Assembly: GCA_049428765.1 (NCBI GenBank)
Contig: JBMTAN010000002.1
Coordinates: forward strand, 589 to 64,588
DNA from: Roseiflexaceae bacterium
Lineage (GTDB): Bacteria > Chloroflexota > Chloroflexia > Chloroflexales > Roseiflexaceae
DNA length: 64,000 nucleotides
Direction: 5' to 3'
Each line of letters begins with the position of its first letter. The stretch's first letter is position 1. The position numbers and the translations under genes were made by a program. The notes under the pieces are model-generated. The model saw only the letters and a list, made by a program, of their open reading frames with translations. It was not told the DNA's origin and searched no databases. Of the stretch, positions 41,103 through 49,776 are shown piece by piece.

Positions 41103-42125
41103 ATGACGGCACGTACGTATGATTTGCTCTCGATGGGGCGCTCGTCGATTGACCTCTACTCGAACGACGTCGGCGCCGCCTTTGTCGATATCACCAGCTT
41201 TGCGGCCTATGTCGGCGGCTGCCCGACCAACATCAGCGTGGCCACCCAGCGCTTAGGCGGCAAGACGGCCTTATTGACGGCGGTCGGGGCTGACCAGGTC
41301 GGCGATTTTATTCTGCACTTCTGCCAAAAAGAGGGCATCGAGACGCGCTATACTCCGCGCAAACCTGGTCATCGCTCGAGTGCGGTGGTCTTGGGCATCG
41401 AGCCGCCCAACAAGTTTCCTTTGACCTACTACCGCGACAACTGTGCCGACATCGAGTTGACCATCGACGATGTCTTGGCCAGCCCGATTGCTGATGCCCA
41501 GTACCTACTGATAAGCGGCACCGGTTTGTACCGCGAGCCTTCACGCAGTGCCACGTTCTTTGCCGCCGAATACGCCCAACGGCATGGCACCAAGGTCGTG
41601 CTCGACATCGACTTCCGGCCGGATCAGTGGCACGACCCACGAGCTTTTGGCGTGACGTTGCGCTCGTTGTTGCGCAATGTCGATGTGGTGCTCGGCACCG
41701 AAGACGAGATCAACGCCATGATGATGGGTGAACGCGCCGAGGTGCGTCTGACGCATTCGCAGGTCTCCGATGCGCGCGTCGGCGGCGACGTCGATGCGGC
41801 GATTGCCACGATTCTCGGTATGGGGCCACGCCTGCTCTTCCAAAAGCGTGGCGCCGACGGCTCACGCGTACACGTGGTTGGCGTCAATGGCATCGAGCGC
41901 CTCGAGGCGCCCGGCTACCCGGTCGAGGTCTACAACATCCTTGGCGCCGGCGACGCCTATGCCGGTGGCGTGATTTATGGGCTGTCGCACGGCTGGGAGT
42001 GCGCCAAGGCAGCCCGTTTGGGCAACGCCTGTGGCGCAATTGTGGTGACCAAACACGGCTGTGCCAACTTCATGCCGACCATGGCCGAGGTCAAGCAGTT
42101 TGTGGCGCCACTCGGTGGGTTTTAG
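41103..42125 (+). CDS. iolC: 5-dehydro-2-deoxygluconokinase
   Basis: 340 aa. PfkB kinase with the IolC-type N-terminus DLLSMGRSSIDLYSN...YVGGCPTNI and the motif GAGDAY. Confidence 0.9.
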   Translation: MTARTYDLLSMGRSSIDLYSNDVGAAFVDITSFAAYVGGCPTNISVATQRLGGKTALLTAVGADQVGDFILHFCQKEGIETRYTPRKPGHRSSAVVLGIEPPNKFPLTYYRDNCADIELTIDDVLASPIADAQYLLISGTGLYREPSRSATFFAAEYAQRHGTKVVLDIDFRPDQWHDPRAFGVTLRSLLRNVDVVLGTEDEINAMMMGERAEVRLTHSQVSDARVGGDVDAAIATILGMGPRLLFQKRGADGSRVHVVGVNGIERLEAPGYPVEVYNILGAGDAYAGGVIYGLSHGWECAKAARLGNACGAIVVTKHGCANFMPTMAEVKQFVAPLGGF

Positions 42126-42146
42126 GAACACATCAAAGGACAGATT

Positions 42147-44024
42147 ATGACAACCATACGTTTAACTATGGCGCAGGCCTTGGTGACCTTTTTGACGCAA
42201 CAATACGTCGAGCGCGACGGCAGCGAGCGTCAGTTTTTTGCCGGCTGCTTCGGCATCTTCGGCCACGGCAACATCTCGGGTATGGGCCAAGCGTTGCAAC
42301 AAATCCCGGCTTTGCGCTACTACCAAGCGCGCAACGAGCAGGCGATGGTGCATGCGGCCACGGCCTTTGCCAAAACAGCCAACCGCTTACAGACGATGGC
42401 CTGTACCACCTCGATTGGCCCAGGCGCCACCAACATGGTGACTGGTGCCGCCACCGCCACCATCAATCGCTTACCGGTGTTGCTGTTGCCCGGCGACATC
42501 TTCGCCCGGCGCAACGTCGACCCCGTCTTGCAGCAACTCGAGTGGAGTCAGAGCCGCGACATCTCAGCCAATGACTGCTTTAAGCCGGTTAGCAAGTACT
42601 GGGATCGCATCAATCGCCCCGATCAACTGCCCAGCGCATTACTCGAGACGATGCGCGTCCTGACCAGCCCGGCCGATACCGGCACCGTGACGCTGGCCTT
42701 GCCCCAAGATGTGCAGACCGAGGCCTTCGACTATAACACTGCACTGTTCGAAAAGCGCGTCTGGCACATCAGTCGCATCCGCCCCGACCGGGCGGCCGTC
42801 AGCCGGGCCGCCGCTCTGATCAAGTCGGCCAAGCGCCCGATGATTGTGGCCGGCGGCGGCGTGATTTATAGCGATGCCAGCGCCGTATTGGCCCAGTTCG
42901 TCGATGCCACCGGCATCCCCGTGGGCGAGACGATGGCCGGCAAGGGCAGTTTGCGCTACGACAACCCACTCAACCTCGGTGCAGTCGGCGTGACCGGCAC
43001 CTTTGCGGCCAACCGAATCGCTCGCGACGCCGACGTGGTAATTGGCATTGGTACGCGCTACAGCGACTTTACCACGGCCTCCAAAACGGCCTTCCAGCAC
43101 CCCGACGTGCGCTTTGTCAATATCAACGTGTGTGAGCTGGACGCCGCCAAACACAACGGCGCCATGTTGCTCGGCGATGCCCGCGAGGTGCTCAGCGAAT
43201 TGTTGATAGCTCTGCAAGGTCATCAGGTCGATGCCGCCTACCGCGCCGAGGCGCAACGCCTACAAGCCGATTGGGACGCCGAGGTGCAACGCATCTACGA
43301 CATTCGCCTGGCCCCACTACCCAGCCAAGGCGAGATTATCGGCGTGGTCAACGACCACAGCGACCCCGAGGCCATCATGGTCTGTGCAGCCGGTAGTTTG
43401 CCGGGCGACCTGCACAAATTGTGGCGCGCCCGCCACCCCAAGAACTACCACCTTGAGTACGGCAATAGCTGTATGGGCTACGAAGTGGCCGGTGGCCTCG
43501 GCATCAAGATGGCTGCCCCCGAGCGCGAGGTATATGTGATGGTCGGCGACGGTAGCTGGCTGATGATGTCGAGCGAGTTGGTCACCGCCATCCAAGAGGA
43601 TCGCAAACTGATTGTGGTGCTGATCGACAACGACGGCTACAAAAGCATCGGTGGCCTGAGTCGTTCGCTCGGCCAAGAGGGCTTTGGCACGCGCTACGCC
43701 TACCCGCAACACAACATGCTACCGAGCGACGCCGACGGCAACGACGTGGTACGCCTGCCCGTCGATTTGGCCAGCAACGCCCGCAGTCTGGGCGCAGACG
43801 TCATCGAGTGTCGCACACATGCCGAGTTTGTGGCTGGTATCGCCCAGGCCCGCCAGAACCGCAACACGACGGTGGTCTACATCCGCAATGACCGATACCA
43901 TGGTGTCCCCGGCTACGAGAGTTGGTGGGATGTGCCACCGGCCGAGGTCAGCACCAGCCCCGAGGTCCAGGCCAAACGCGCTGAATGGGCGACCATGCGC
44001 GCCAAGGAACAGGATTATTTATAA
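42147..44024 (+). CDS. iolD: 3D-(3,5/4)-trihydroxycyclohexane-1,2-dione acylhydrolase (ThDP-dependent)
   Basis: 625 aa with the IolD-type N-terminus RLTMAQALVTFL and the ThDP motif GDGSWLMM...N. Confidence 0.95.
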   Translation: MTTIRLTMAQALVTFLTQQYVERDGSERQFFAGCFGIFGHGNISGMGQALQQIPALRYYQARNEQAMVHAATAFAKTANRLQTMACTTSIGPGATNMVTGAATATINRLPVLLLPGDIFARRNVDPVLQQLEWSQSRDISANDCFKPVSKYWDRINRPDQLPSALLETMRVLTSPADTGTVTLALPQDVQTEAFDYNTALFEKRVWHISRIRPDRAAVSRAAALIKSAKRPMIVAGGGVIYSDASAVLAQFVDATGIPVGETMAGKGSLRYDNPLNLGAVGVTGTFAANRIARDADVVIGIGTRYSDFTTASKTAFQHPDVRFVNINVCELDAAKHNGAMLLGDAREVLSELLIALQGHQVDAAYRAEAQRLQADWDAEVQRIYDIRLAPLPSQGEIIGVVNDHSDPEAIMVCAAGSLPGDLHKLWRARHPKNYHLEYGNSCMGYEVAGGLGIKMAAPEREVYVMVGDGSWLMMSSELVTAIQEDRKLIVVLIDNDGYKSIGGLSRSLGQEGFGTRYAYPQHNMLPSDADGNDVVRLPVDLASNARSLGADVIECRTHAEFVAGIAQARQNRNTTVVYIRNDRYHGVPGYESWWDVPPAEVSTSPEVQAKRAEWATMRAKEQDYL

Positions 44025-44031
44025 ACCTCAT

Positions 44032-44093
44032 CCGTAGAGCCGCAGCATGCTGCGACTCTACGGATGGCACATGGCATGCTGCGGCTCTACCGG
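44032..44093. repeat. palindromic repeat in left arm / right arm / second right arm (L-R-R) arrangement between iolD and iolG
   Basis: The full palindrome is CCGTAGAGCCGCAGCATGCTGCGACTCTACGG. A second right arm GCATGCTGCGGCTCTACCGG complements the left arm better than the first right arm does. Confidence 0.85.
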
Positions 44094-44135
44094 GTACCGA
44101 TATCAACCGATACCATCCAAAAGGATTACCATCAC

Positions 44136-45149
44136 ATGTCACACATCCGTATTGGCCTGCTCGGCGCCGGCCGCATTGGTCAAGTCCACGCCCGCACGAT
44201 TGTCCAGCGCGTCCCCACGGCCAAACTTGTCGCTGTGGCTGACCCGATGCCCGGCGTCGCCCAACAGTTGGCCGAGCGCTATGCGATTGCCACGGTCACC
44301 ACAGATTGCATGGCCGTCATCAACGACCCGAACATCGACGCCGTGATGATTTGTACGCCGACCGACACCCACTGCGACTACATCATTGCAGCGGCAGCGC
44401 AGGGCAAGCACATCTTCTGCGAAAAGCCAGTCGCCCTCGATTTGGCCCAAACCGATCGCGCCCTGACAGCAGTGGCGGCGGCCGGGGTCAAGCTCCAGCT
44501 GGGCTTTAACCGGCGCTTCGATGCCAACTTCGTGCGCATGCGCGAGGCGGTGCAGGGTGGCCACATCGGCACACCCAAAGTAGTACATATCGTCAGCCGT
44601 GACCCGGCGCCACCGCCTGTCAGCTACATCAAGGTCTCGGGCGGCATCTTTTTGGACATGACGATTCACGACTGGGACATCGCCCGCTTTTTGATTGGCT
44701 CCGACATCGCCGAGGTCTATGTGCAGGGTGGCGTTACTGTCGATCCCGCCATCGGTGAGGCCGGCGACATCGACACGCACGTGACCATGATTCGCTTCGA
44801 GAACGGCGTGATTGGCACCATCGACAACTGCCGCCAAGCGGTGTACGGCTACGACCAGCGCGCCGAGGTCTTTGGCAGTGCCGGCAGCATCGAGACGGGC
44901 AACAACTACCCCAACAACACGGTGCTGAGTACGGCGAGTAGCGTCCAACGCGACCTGCCGCTCAACTTCTTTATGCAGCGCTATATTGAGGCCTACGCCG
45001 CCGAGATCGAGGCCTTTGTGGCGGCGATTGTCACCAATACACCGGTGGCTGTCGATGGCCATGATGCGCGCAAAGCGTTGATTGCCGGGCTGGCCGCCTG
45101 GAAGAGCTACCGCGAGGGACGTCCCGTCAAACTGGCAGAGATTGGCTAG
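44136..45149 (+). CDS. iolG: inositol 2-dehydrogenase (Gfo/Idh/MocA family)
   Basis: Start refined to MSHIRIGLLGAGRIG. EKP motif (FCEKPVAL). The upstream 24 ORF codons are repeat-derived. Confidence 0.85.
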   Translation: MSHIRIGLLGAGRIGQVHARTIVQRVPTAKLVAVADPMPGVAQQLAERYAIATVTTDCMAVINDPNIDAVMICTPTDTHCDYIIAAAAQGKHIFCEKPVALDLAQTDRALTAVAAAGVKLQLGFNRRFDANFVRMREAVQGGHIGTPKVVHIVSRDPAPPPVSYIKVSGGIFLDMTIHDWDIARFLIGSDIAEVYVQGGVTVDPAIGEAGDIDTHVTMIRFENGVIGTIDNCRQAVYGYDQRAEVFGSAGSIETGNNYPNNTVLSTASSVQRDLPLNFFMQRYIEAYAAEIEAFVAAIVTNTPVAVDGHDARKALIAGLAAWKSYREGRPVKLAEIG

Positions 45150-45176
45150 TGCGCTAGCGCAGCAGAAAGGATCGAT

Positions 45177-46157
45177 ATGCAGACGTTTCGTGTGGCATTT
45201 TTGGGAGCGGGGCGCATCGGCCAAATGCACCTCAACAACCTCAAACATCTCGACGGTGTCACCGTGCAGGTGGTCGCAGATACCAACGCCGACATGGCAG
45301 CGCGTGGTGCCGCCATGGTCAATGCGCCGCGTCACACCGACGATATCATGGCGGCCATCCAAGCGCCTGATGTCGATGCCGTGATGATTTGTACGCCGAC
45401 CGGCACCCATCCCGCACTCATCAAAGCGGCCGTGCAGGCAGGCAAACCGGTCTGGTGCGAAAAGCCGGTGGCGCTGACGCTGGCGGATGTCGATGACCTG
45501 AGTGCGTTTGTGGCACAGTACGACGTACCCGTCATGATCGGCTACATGCGGCGCTTCGATGCGCGCTATCAGCGCGCCAAAGCCCGATTGGATGCGGGTG
45601 AACTAGGGCAGGTCGAGCGCTGGTACTCCAAAAGCATCGACGCCAGCCCGCCCAGCCTGGCATTTATCAAGACGAGCGGCGGGATTTGTATCGACATGAT
45701 TATCCACGACTTCGACTTGGCTACCTACTTTGTGGGTGATGTCGACGAGGTGATGGCGTACGGGGCAGTGCTGGTTGATCCGGGCTTCATCGAGGCCGGT
45801 GATGTGGACACCATTACGGTGATGCTCCGCTTCAAAAACGGTGCCATCGGCGTCATCGAGGGCGGCCGGCGCACGGCATGGGGGTCGGATATCCGCACGG
45901 AGATTATGGGCAGCAAAGAACGCGCCATGGTGGCATTCCCCAATTCGCCACCGAGTAATATCGACGGCGACGCCTCGCCGATGGTATCGCGTGGTAACGG
46001 CTTTAGGGAGGCGTATATCACTGAGCTCCGCTACTTCTTCGACTGCTTGCGCACCGGCACGACACCACAGCCAGGCATCGTTGAAGCGGGCAAAAGCCTG
46101 CGTGTGGCGATGGCGGCCAATCAAAGCATGCGTACGGGCCAACCAGTCCGCGTCTAA
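45177..46157 (+). CDS. second Gfo/Idh/MocA dehydrogenase (inositol/inosose dehydrogenase-like)
   Basis: 326 aa with FRVAFLGAGRIG and WCEKPVAL. It is the last gene of the iol cluster. Confidence 0.8.
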   Translation: MQTFRVAFLGAGRIGQMHLNNLKHLDGVTVQVVADTNADMAARGAAMVNAPRHTDDIMAAIQAPDVDAVMICTPTGTHPALIKAAVQAGKPVWCEKPVALTLADVDDLSAFVAQYDVPVMIGYMRRFDARYQRAKARLDAGELGQVERWYSKSIDASPPSLAFIKTSGGICIDMIIHDFDLATYFVGDVDEVMAYGAVLVDPGFIEAGDVDTITVMLRFKNGAIGVIEGGRRTAWGSDIRTEIMGSKERAMVAFPNSPPSNIDGDASPMVSRGNGFREAYITELRYFFDCLRTGTTPQPGIVEAGKSLRVAMAANQSMRTGQPVRV

Positions 46158-46173
46158 ACCGGTTGTGCACGCG

Positions 46174-46204
46174 TTATCCGCCGTTTATCCACGAGTTATC
46201 CACA
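46174..46204 (+). promoter_or_regulatory. three direct DnaA-box-like 9-mers phased at 11 bp (TTATCCGCC, TTATCCACG, TTATCCACA)
   Basis: Boxes start at 46174, 46185 and 46196. The third is a perfect match to the TTATCCACA consensus. A weaker fourth (TTATATCCC) follows. Confidence 0.5.
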
Positions 46205-46210
46205 TTATAT

Positions 46211-46230
46211 CCCCCTGCAAGTGCGGGGGG
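46211..46230 (+). terminator. GC hairpin CCCCCTGC-aagt-GCGGGGGG after the iol cluster
   Basis: 8-bp stem with one G-T pair. No clear T-tract follows. Confidence 0.35.
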
Positions 46231-46251
46231 ATGAATTATTGACACCGCTCG

Positions 46252-46260
46252 TGCTATACT
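46252..46260 (+). promoter_or_regulatory. extended -10 element TGcTATACT upstream of the membrane-protein gene
   Basis: It has the same CGTGCTATACT string as the rplS promoter and lies 43 nt before the ATG at 46303. Confidence 0.4.
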
Positions 46261-46302
46261 GCGCACATCATCATTCAGAAAAACACACCGAAGGAGGGTC
46301 CT

Positions 46303-47406
46303 ATGCGTACCTGTAGCATCATTGGCGCTAGCCTACTCAGTTTGATTGCGGTGCCGGCGCTGGCATTCGCCGTCGTGTTCTACGGCTTCGCCCAGATTGT
46401 ACTGGGGTCACCGTCGTTTGTGGCCAAACTCGAGCCGGCCAACATCGAGGCTCAAATCCGCAAGGCGGCACCCTATCTCGTGGCGAGCGCGCTGACCAAC
46501 CCGAACGACCCGGACAACCAGCAACTCGTCAACGACCTTCTCCCCGATCCGGCCATGCGAGCTATGGTCACGACGCTGATGCCGATGCTTCTCGAGGTGA
46601 CCAACGGTGATTTGTCGAGTGCATCGCTGGCCCAACTCGATAGTCATATCACCCAAATCATCGCTCAAGCACCACCCTGTAGCGCCGAGGTCGAGGCGGC
46701 GTATGCCCAAGCCATCGCTGGCACGGGGACACTCCCAGGCGAACTCTGTCGCCCTAGCGACGCCGTGCTTGCGCTCAAGATGGCAACGCGCTTGGCCGAT
46801 GAGCTACGGCAACTCTTCGATGGAATCGCCCAAGCGCCATTGACGACGCCCGACGGTGACACCGCACTTTCACCACAGCTGATGAGCCAAGATATCACAG
46901 CCTCGATTGCGGCGGTGCGCGCCAACGCAGGCCAAGGCTTCATTCTGCCGTTAACGCTGATTGTGCTAATACTGGCCTTGGCGGTACGGTCGCTCCGCGA
47001 ATTATTGGGCTGGAGCGGCGGCATCCTGTTGTTTGCCGGCTTGATTGGGCTCGGCGTAGCATTTGCCAGCGGATCACTGTTGGCCATCGATTGGCAGTCC
47101 ACATTCCGCCAAGAGCTCCAAGGTCCCGAGCTGAATCTGGCACTCATCGTGTTCGAACTCTTCGACACCGACGCCTTTGGACCCTTGGTGTCATGGATCA
47201 ATACGGTCAACGGCGGGATGGCGATTGGCGGGCTAGTGGCCATGATTGCCAGTGCATTCTTGCCCCGACCCGTACGCCTAGCCACAGCGCCGGTCGGGGC
47301 AGACCCGTCGGTCGGGGCCATTCCCACCATGCCCGGCGGTGCGCAGATGCAGGACCCAGGGGCCACACAACCGATTCCGACCGGGGATGGTGAACGCAAA
47401 GAGTAG
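46303..47406 (+). CDS. hypothetical membrane protein (367 aa)
   Basis: GAAGGAGG lies upstream. One N-terminal TM segment and a C-terminal cluster of TM segments are present. No recognisable domain. Confidence 0.7.
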   Translation: MRTCSIIGASLLSLIAVPALAFAVVFYGFAQIVLGSPSFVAKLEPANIEAQIRKAAPYLVASALTNPNDPDNQQLVNDLLPDPAMRAMVTTLMPMLLEVTNGDLSSASLAQLDSHITQIIAQAPPCSAEVEAAYAQAIAGTGTLPGELCRPSDAVLALKMATRLADELRQLFDGIAQAPLTTPDGDTALSPQLMSQDITASIAAVRANAGQGFILPLTLIVLILALAVRSLRELLGWSGGILLFAGLIGLGVAFASGSLLAIDWQSTFRQELQGPELNLALIVFELFDTDAFGPLVSWINTVNGGMAIGGLVAMIASAFLPRPVRLATAPVGADPSVGAIPTMPGGAQMQDPGATQPIPTGDGERKE

Positions 47407-47424
47407 ATAGCCACACGCCCTGTG

Positions 47425-47709
47425 CTAGTGACAGATAAGCGTCTGTAAGTAGTGCAGGGCGTGACGGTGAATGGGGAGATTGGAGGGATGCCATACGGGT
47501 TCGTGAATGACGACGATAGTCCAATCTCCTTCGTCGTATCCTGCGGCAAGTTGATCTACCGGCATCGCAAAAAAGAGTTTTGCATCGATGTCGGTATGAT
47601 ATAAATGTTTTGGAAAATCTCCCGCATAAATGAGCACTTCTTCTGTCGCTTCTGGTTGAGCATGCCACGCAATTGTGCAACGATACATGGTGTCTGATTG
47701 AATCTTCAT
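47425..47709 (-). CDS. hypothetical 94-aa protein
   Basis: Start refined to MKIQSDTMYRC, with AAAGAGG 5 nt upstream. It is AT-rich, soluble and His-rich at the C-terminus. It is divergent from the DUF2075 gene. Confidence 0.5.
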   Translation of the reverse strand: MKIQSDTMYRCTIAWHAQPEATEEVLIYAGDFPKHLYHTDIDAKLFFAMPVDQLAAGYDEGDWTIVVIHEPVWHPSNLPIHRHALHYLQTLICH

Positions 47710-47741
47710 GGGCACCTCTTTGATAAAAAAATACACATCAC

Positions 47742-47770
47742 TTGATCTTTTGGCCATTCATCCCTATAAT
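47742..47770 (+). promoter_or_regulatory. sigma-70-like promoter TTGATC-17 nt-TATAAT for the DUF2075 gene
   Basis: Read directly, 36 nt before the ATG at 47806. Confidence 0.5.
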
Positions 47771-47805
47771 CGCACTAATTACGTTATTCGTATAGGCCAA
47801 AAATC

Positions 47806-49776
47806 ATGACAAATGCACACGCCTGGCATGGCACCTTCGCTGCTTTTTTGCAAACGCCAGATACCACATTAATTGAACTGTTCCGTGCACATCATCGTAA
47901 GTCTAGTGTGGAGCAACCCTCACAATCTCACGAAACTGCATGGCGTGATTCTTGGAAAGTATTACGTACAACATTTCAACAACTGATTAATCTTCATGCT
48001 GAAGCCAATCAATGGTTTGTCGTATTTGAATATGAACTCCCGCGTGAACGTGGTCGGCGGCCTGATGCCATTATTTTGACTGGACGAAGCATGTTTGTGC
48101 TTGAGTTCAAAGGCTATGGCTACATTGATAATGCGCATGTCGATCAGGTACACGCATATGTGCGTGATTTTGTAGCATACCATAGCACATCGCATGCTTA
48201 TGCAGGTGCAATGTTGCCAATTCTTGTACCCACACGCATGAAACTCACACGGCAATCGCGCAATATTGTGCAAATTGTCTCACCTGACTTCCTTGCTGAT
48301 ACACTGTGGGATTTCTACTCACGCGGTCAAGCCACAGGGCTATTGGATGAATCTTGGCTCAACGGCGAGTACGAGCCACTCCCCACATTGGTGCGAGCTG
48401 CACGAATTATTTTCAATAACGAACCGTTCCCTCACATCCGTCGTGCCGCGAGTAGTGGTGTCGAAGATGCCATGAAGTATGCGATTAAAGTAGCGGAAGC
48501 AGCTGAAGCACGACAAGAACGCCATCTCGTGCTCATCACTGGGGTGCCTGGCGCTGGCAAAACGCTCGTGGGCATTCGCTTTGTTTATGAATATGCCGCA
48601 GAGCACAGTGATGAACGAAATAAAGCGATTATGTTGAGTGGTAACGGCCCCTTAGTCAACGTGCTCCAACACGCACTTCGTAGCCGAGTATTTGTCCAAG
48701 ATGTCCACGGATTTCTCAAAACGTACACGCGTGAGGGCGTACGACCACCCAAAGAACACATTATTATTTATGACGAAGCACAACGTGCCTGGGATGCGGA
48801 ACGCTCTGCAGAAAAGCGCGGGACGTCGTATTCCGAGCCTGACGATTTTCTCCTGATTGGCAGTCGCCAACGCGATTGGTCGATGATGATTGCCCTCATT
48901 GGTCAAGGTCAAGAGATTCATTTAGGCGAAGAGGCTGGACTTAGTCAGTGGAATACCGCTGTGCACAATGCCAAACAACTCACCGGCACGAGCTGGATTG
49001 TGCACACACCAAAACGACTTTCACATGTCTTTGCGGATGCAGACAAGCTGTATGTGAGCGACAAACTCGACCTTGATCAATCATTGCGTTCACATGTCGC
49101 CGAAGAAGTGCAGGAGTGGGTTTCTACGCTACTCAATGGCACAAATGCCGTGCTCGTTGATGGCCAAAAGCCACGCTTTGATGCCAGTGTTATCCAAAAA
49201 ACGCAACAGCTCAGCAAAGCTATTAAAGCCGATGGATTTGTGTTGTATGTGACGCGTGATATTGAGTTAGCCAAAACATACGCACAACACCGGTATGTTG
49301 GAGAGTATGACAAACGCTATGGATTACTCGCATCATCCAAAGCAAAATGTTTGTCACAATTTGGCATCGACAACGACTTTCAAGCAACTCGTCGCCTACG
49401 TGAGGGGCCATGGTTTAATGACGAACCATCATCGCCATATTCGTGTTGTCAACTAGATGCAGTCGCCACTGAATTCGCCTGCCAAGGGCTTGAACTCGAC
49501 CTGCCTATTGTCTGCTGGGGTGACGATGTGCGATTTGTACGTGGGCAATGGGTGACGCCACCAATGAATCGTTCCAGTGCCAAAGATCCACACCGATTGC
49601 GTGTTAACGCCTATCGTGTCTTGCTTTCACGCGGTCGAGACGGCATGGTCATCTTTGTACCACCCATCCCCACACTCGACGAAACGTTTGCGTTACTCGT
49701 ACAAGCTGGGTGTGATGTTCTCTCACAAGACGCCCCCACCACTGAGCTCCCGTATGCCCTGGCCCTCACCCCCTAA
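47806..49776 (+). CDS. PD-(D/E)xK nuclease-like N-terminal domain fused to a DUF2075 / Schlafen-group-3-like SF1 helicase ATPase
   Basis: 656 aa. The N-terminus has FEYE...RPDAIIL...VLEFK. The helicase part has Walker A ITGVPGAGKT, motif II IIIYDEAQ, LIGQGQEI and C-terminal YRVLLSRGRDGMVIF. The gene is visibly AT-rich. Confidence 0.85.
   Translation: MTNAHAWHGTFAAFLQTPDTTLIELFRAHHRKSSVEQPSQSHETAWRDSWKVLRTTFQQLINLHAEANQWFVVFEYELPRERGRRPDAIILTGRSMFVLEFKGYGYIDNAHVDQVHAYVRDFVAYHSTSHAYAGAMLPILVPTRMKLTRQSRNIVQIVSPDFLADTLWDFYSRGQATGLLDESWLNGEYEPLPTLVRAARIIFNNEPFPHIRRAASSGVEDAMKYAIKVAEAAEARQERHLVLITGVPGAGKTLVGIRFVYEYAAEHSDERNKAIMLSGNGPLVNVLQHALRSRVFVQDVHGFLKTYTREGVRPPKEHIIIYDEAQRAWDAERSAEKRGTSYSEPDDFLLIGSRQRDWSMMIALIGQGQEIHLGEEAGLSQWNTAVHNAKQLTGTSWIVHTPKRLSHVFADADKLYVSDKLDLDQSLRSHVAEEVQEWVSTLLNGTNAVLVDGQKPRFDASVIQKTQQLSKAIKADGFVLYVTRDIELAKTYAQHRYVGEYDKRYGLLASSKAKCLSQFGIDNDFQATRRLREGPWFNDEPSSPYSCCQLDAVATEFACQGLELDLPIVCWGDDVRFVRGQWVTPPMNRSSAKDPHRLRVNAYRVLLSRGRDGMVIFVPPIPTLDETFALLVQAGCDVLSQDAPTTELPYALALTP

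Noticed and set aside
44139-45410. 423-aa ORF on the minus strand
   Set aside because: It is antisense to iolG and the second dehydrogenase, both of which have clear Rossmann and EKP motifs. Its composition is the antisense type (G/D/V/A/R-rich).
46174-46300. Chromosomal replication origin
   Set aside because: Only 3-4 boxes are present, all in one orientation. There is no dnaA or dnaN nearby and no obvious AT-rich unwinding element with 13-mer-like repeats. A regulatory site is more parsimonious.
46665-47549. 294-aa ORF on the minus strand
   Set aside because: It is antisense to the membrane-protein gene, which has a strong SD and TM segments. The sequence is Ser/Pro/Ala-rich and low-complexity.
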